Shown: positions 63,776-64,000 of the stretch, piece by piece | Numbering within the stretch: position 1 is the stretch's first letter | Layout of the letters: every line of letters begins with the position of its first letter | Source of the DNA: the human T2T-CHM13v2.0 reference genome, Homo sapiens | Strand: one strand, 5' to 3' | Assembly (NCBI RefSeq): GCF_009914755.1 | Contig: NC_060940.1 | DNA: 64,000 bases | Notes under the pieces: model-generated | What the model saw: only the letters and a program-made list of their open reading frames with translations | Told to the model about the DNA's origin: nothing | Database searches by the model: none | Position numbers and translations under genes: made by a program

Positions 63776-64000
63776 AATAGTAAAACACAAAATGTATATG
63801 CATGTTAATTTTCTTTATTATTTGTAGATTTTTGGATTTAACAATTCCGTGAAAGTCTATTGAAACTGAACCTCGAGGGAAGAAAAGTTCTCCTACTTTG
63901 CTCATGCCTTAAGCATAAGTTTAGTCTACAATTGGGCAATCCCACAAGAATAAATATAAGAATGAATGAATGAGCATACAAATGTCTCAGGTAATAAAGA

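Overview
Primate (probably human) non-coding DNA. It is a repeat-dense intergenic or deep-intronic region carrying Alu, L1, L2, MIR, MaLR/ERV LTRs, hAT and Tc1/mariner fossils, and many microsatellites. No credible protein-coding gene, RNA gene or CRISPR array is visible; the ORF track is explained by repeats, low-complexity DNA or chance. Several repeat-free islands (about 5.1-5.5 kb, 12.6-13.3 kb, 26.9-27.0 kb, 45.9-49.4 kb) are dense in homeodomain/TALE/forkhead/E-box motifs, as in a developmental-gene regulatory landscape. Most notable observations: (1) an apparently ancient tandem duplication at 48.5-50.3 kb in which two ~75-80 bp blocks stay 87-89% identical while the spacers have decayed and taken up a MIR and an Alu (candidate twin enhancer); (2) a ~46-bp copy of a PBX/MEIS/HOX motif core from 26.97 kb apparently inserted into a MER82-like DNA transposon at 23.18 kb; (3) an L1PA 3' transduction with two poly(A) tails, its own AATAAA, a TSD and an L1 endonuclease site at 24.5-25.0 kb. 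Repeat subfamily names come from recalled consensus sequences, not a search, and boundaries of old elements are approximate.
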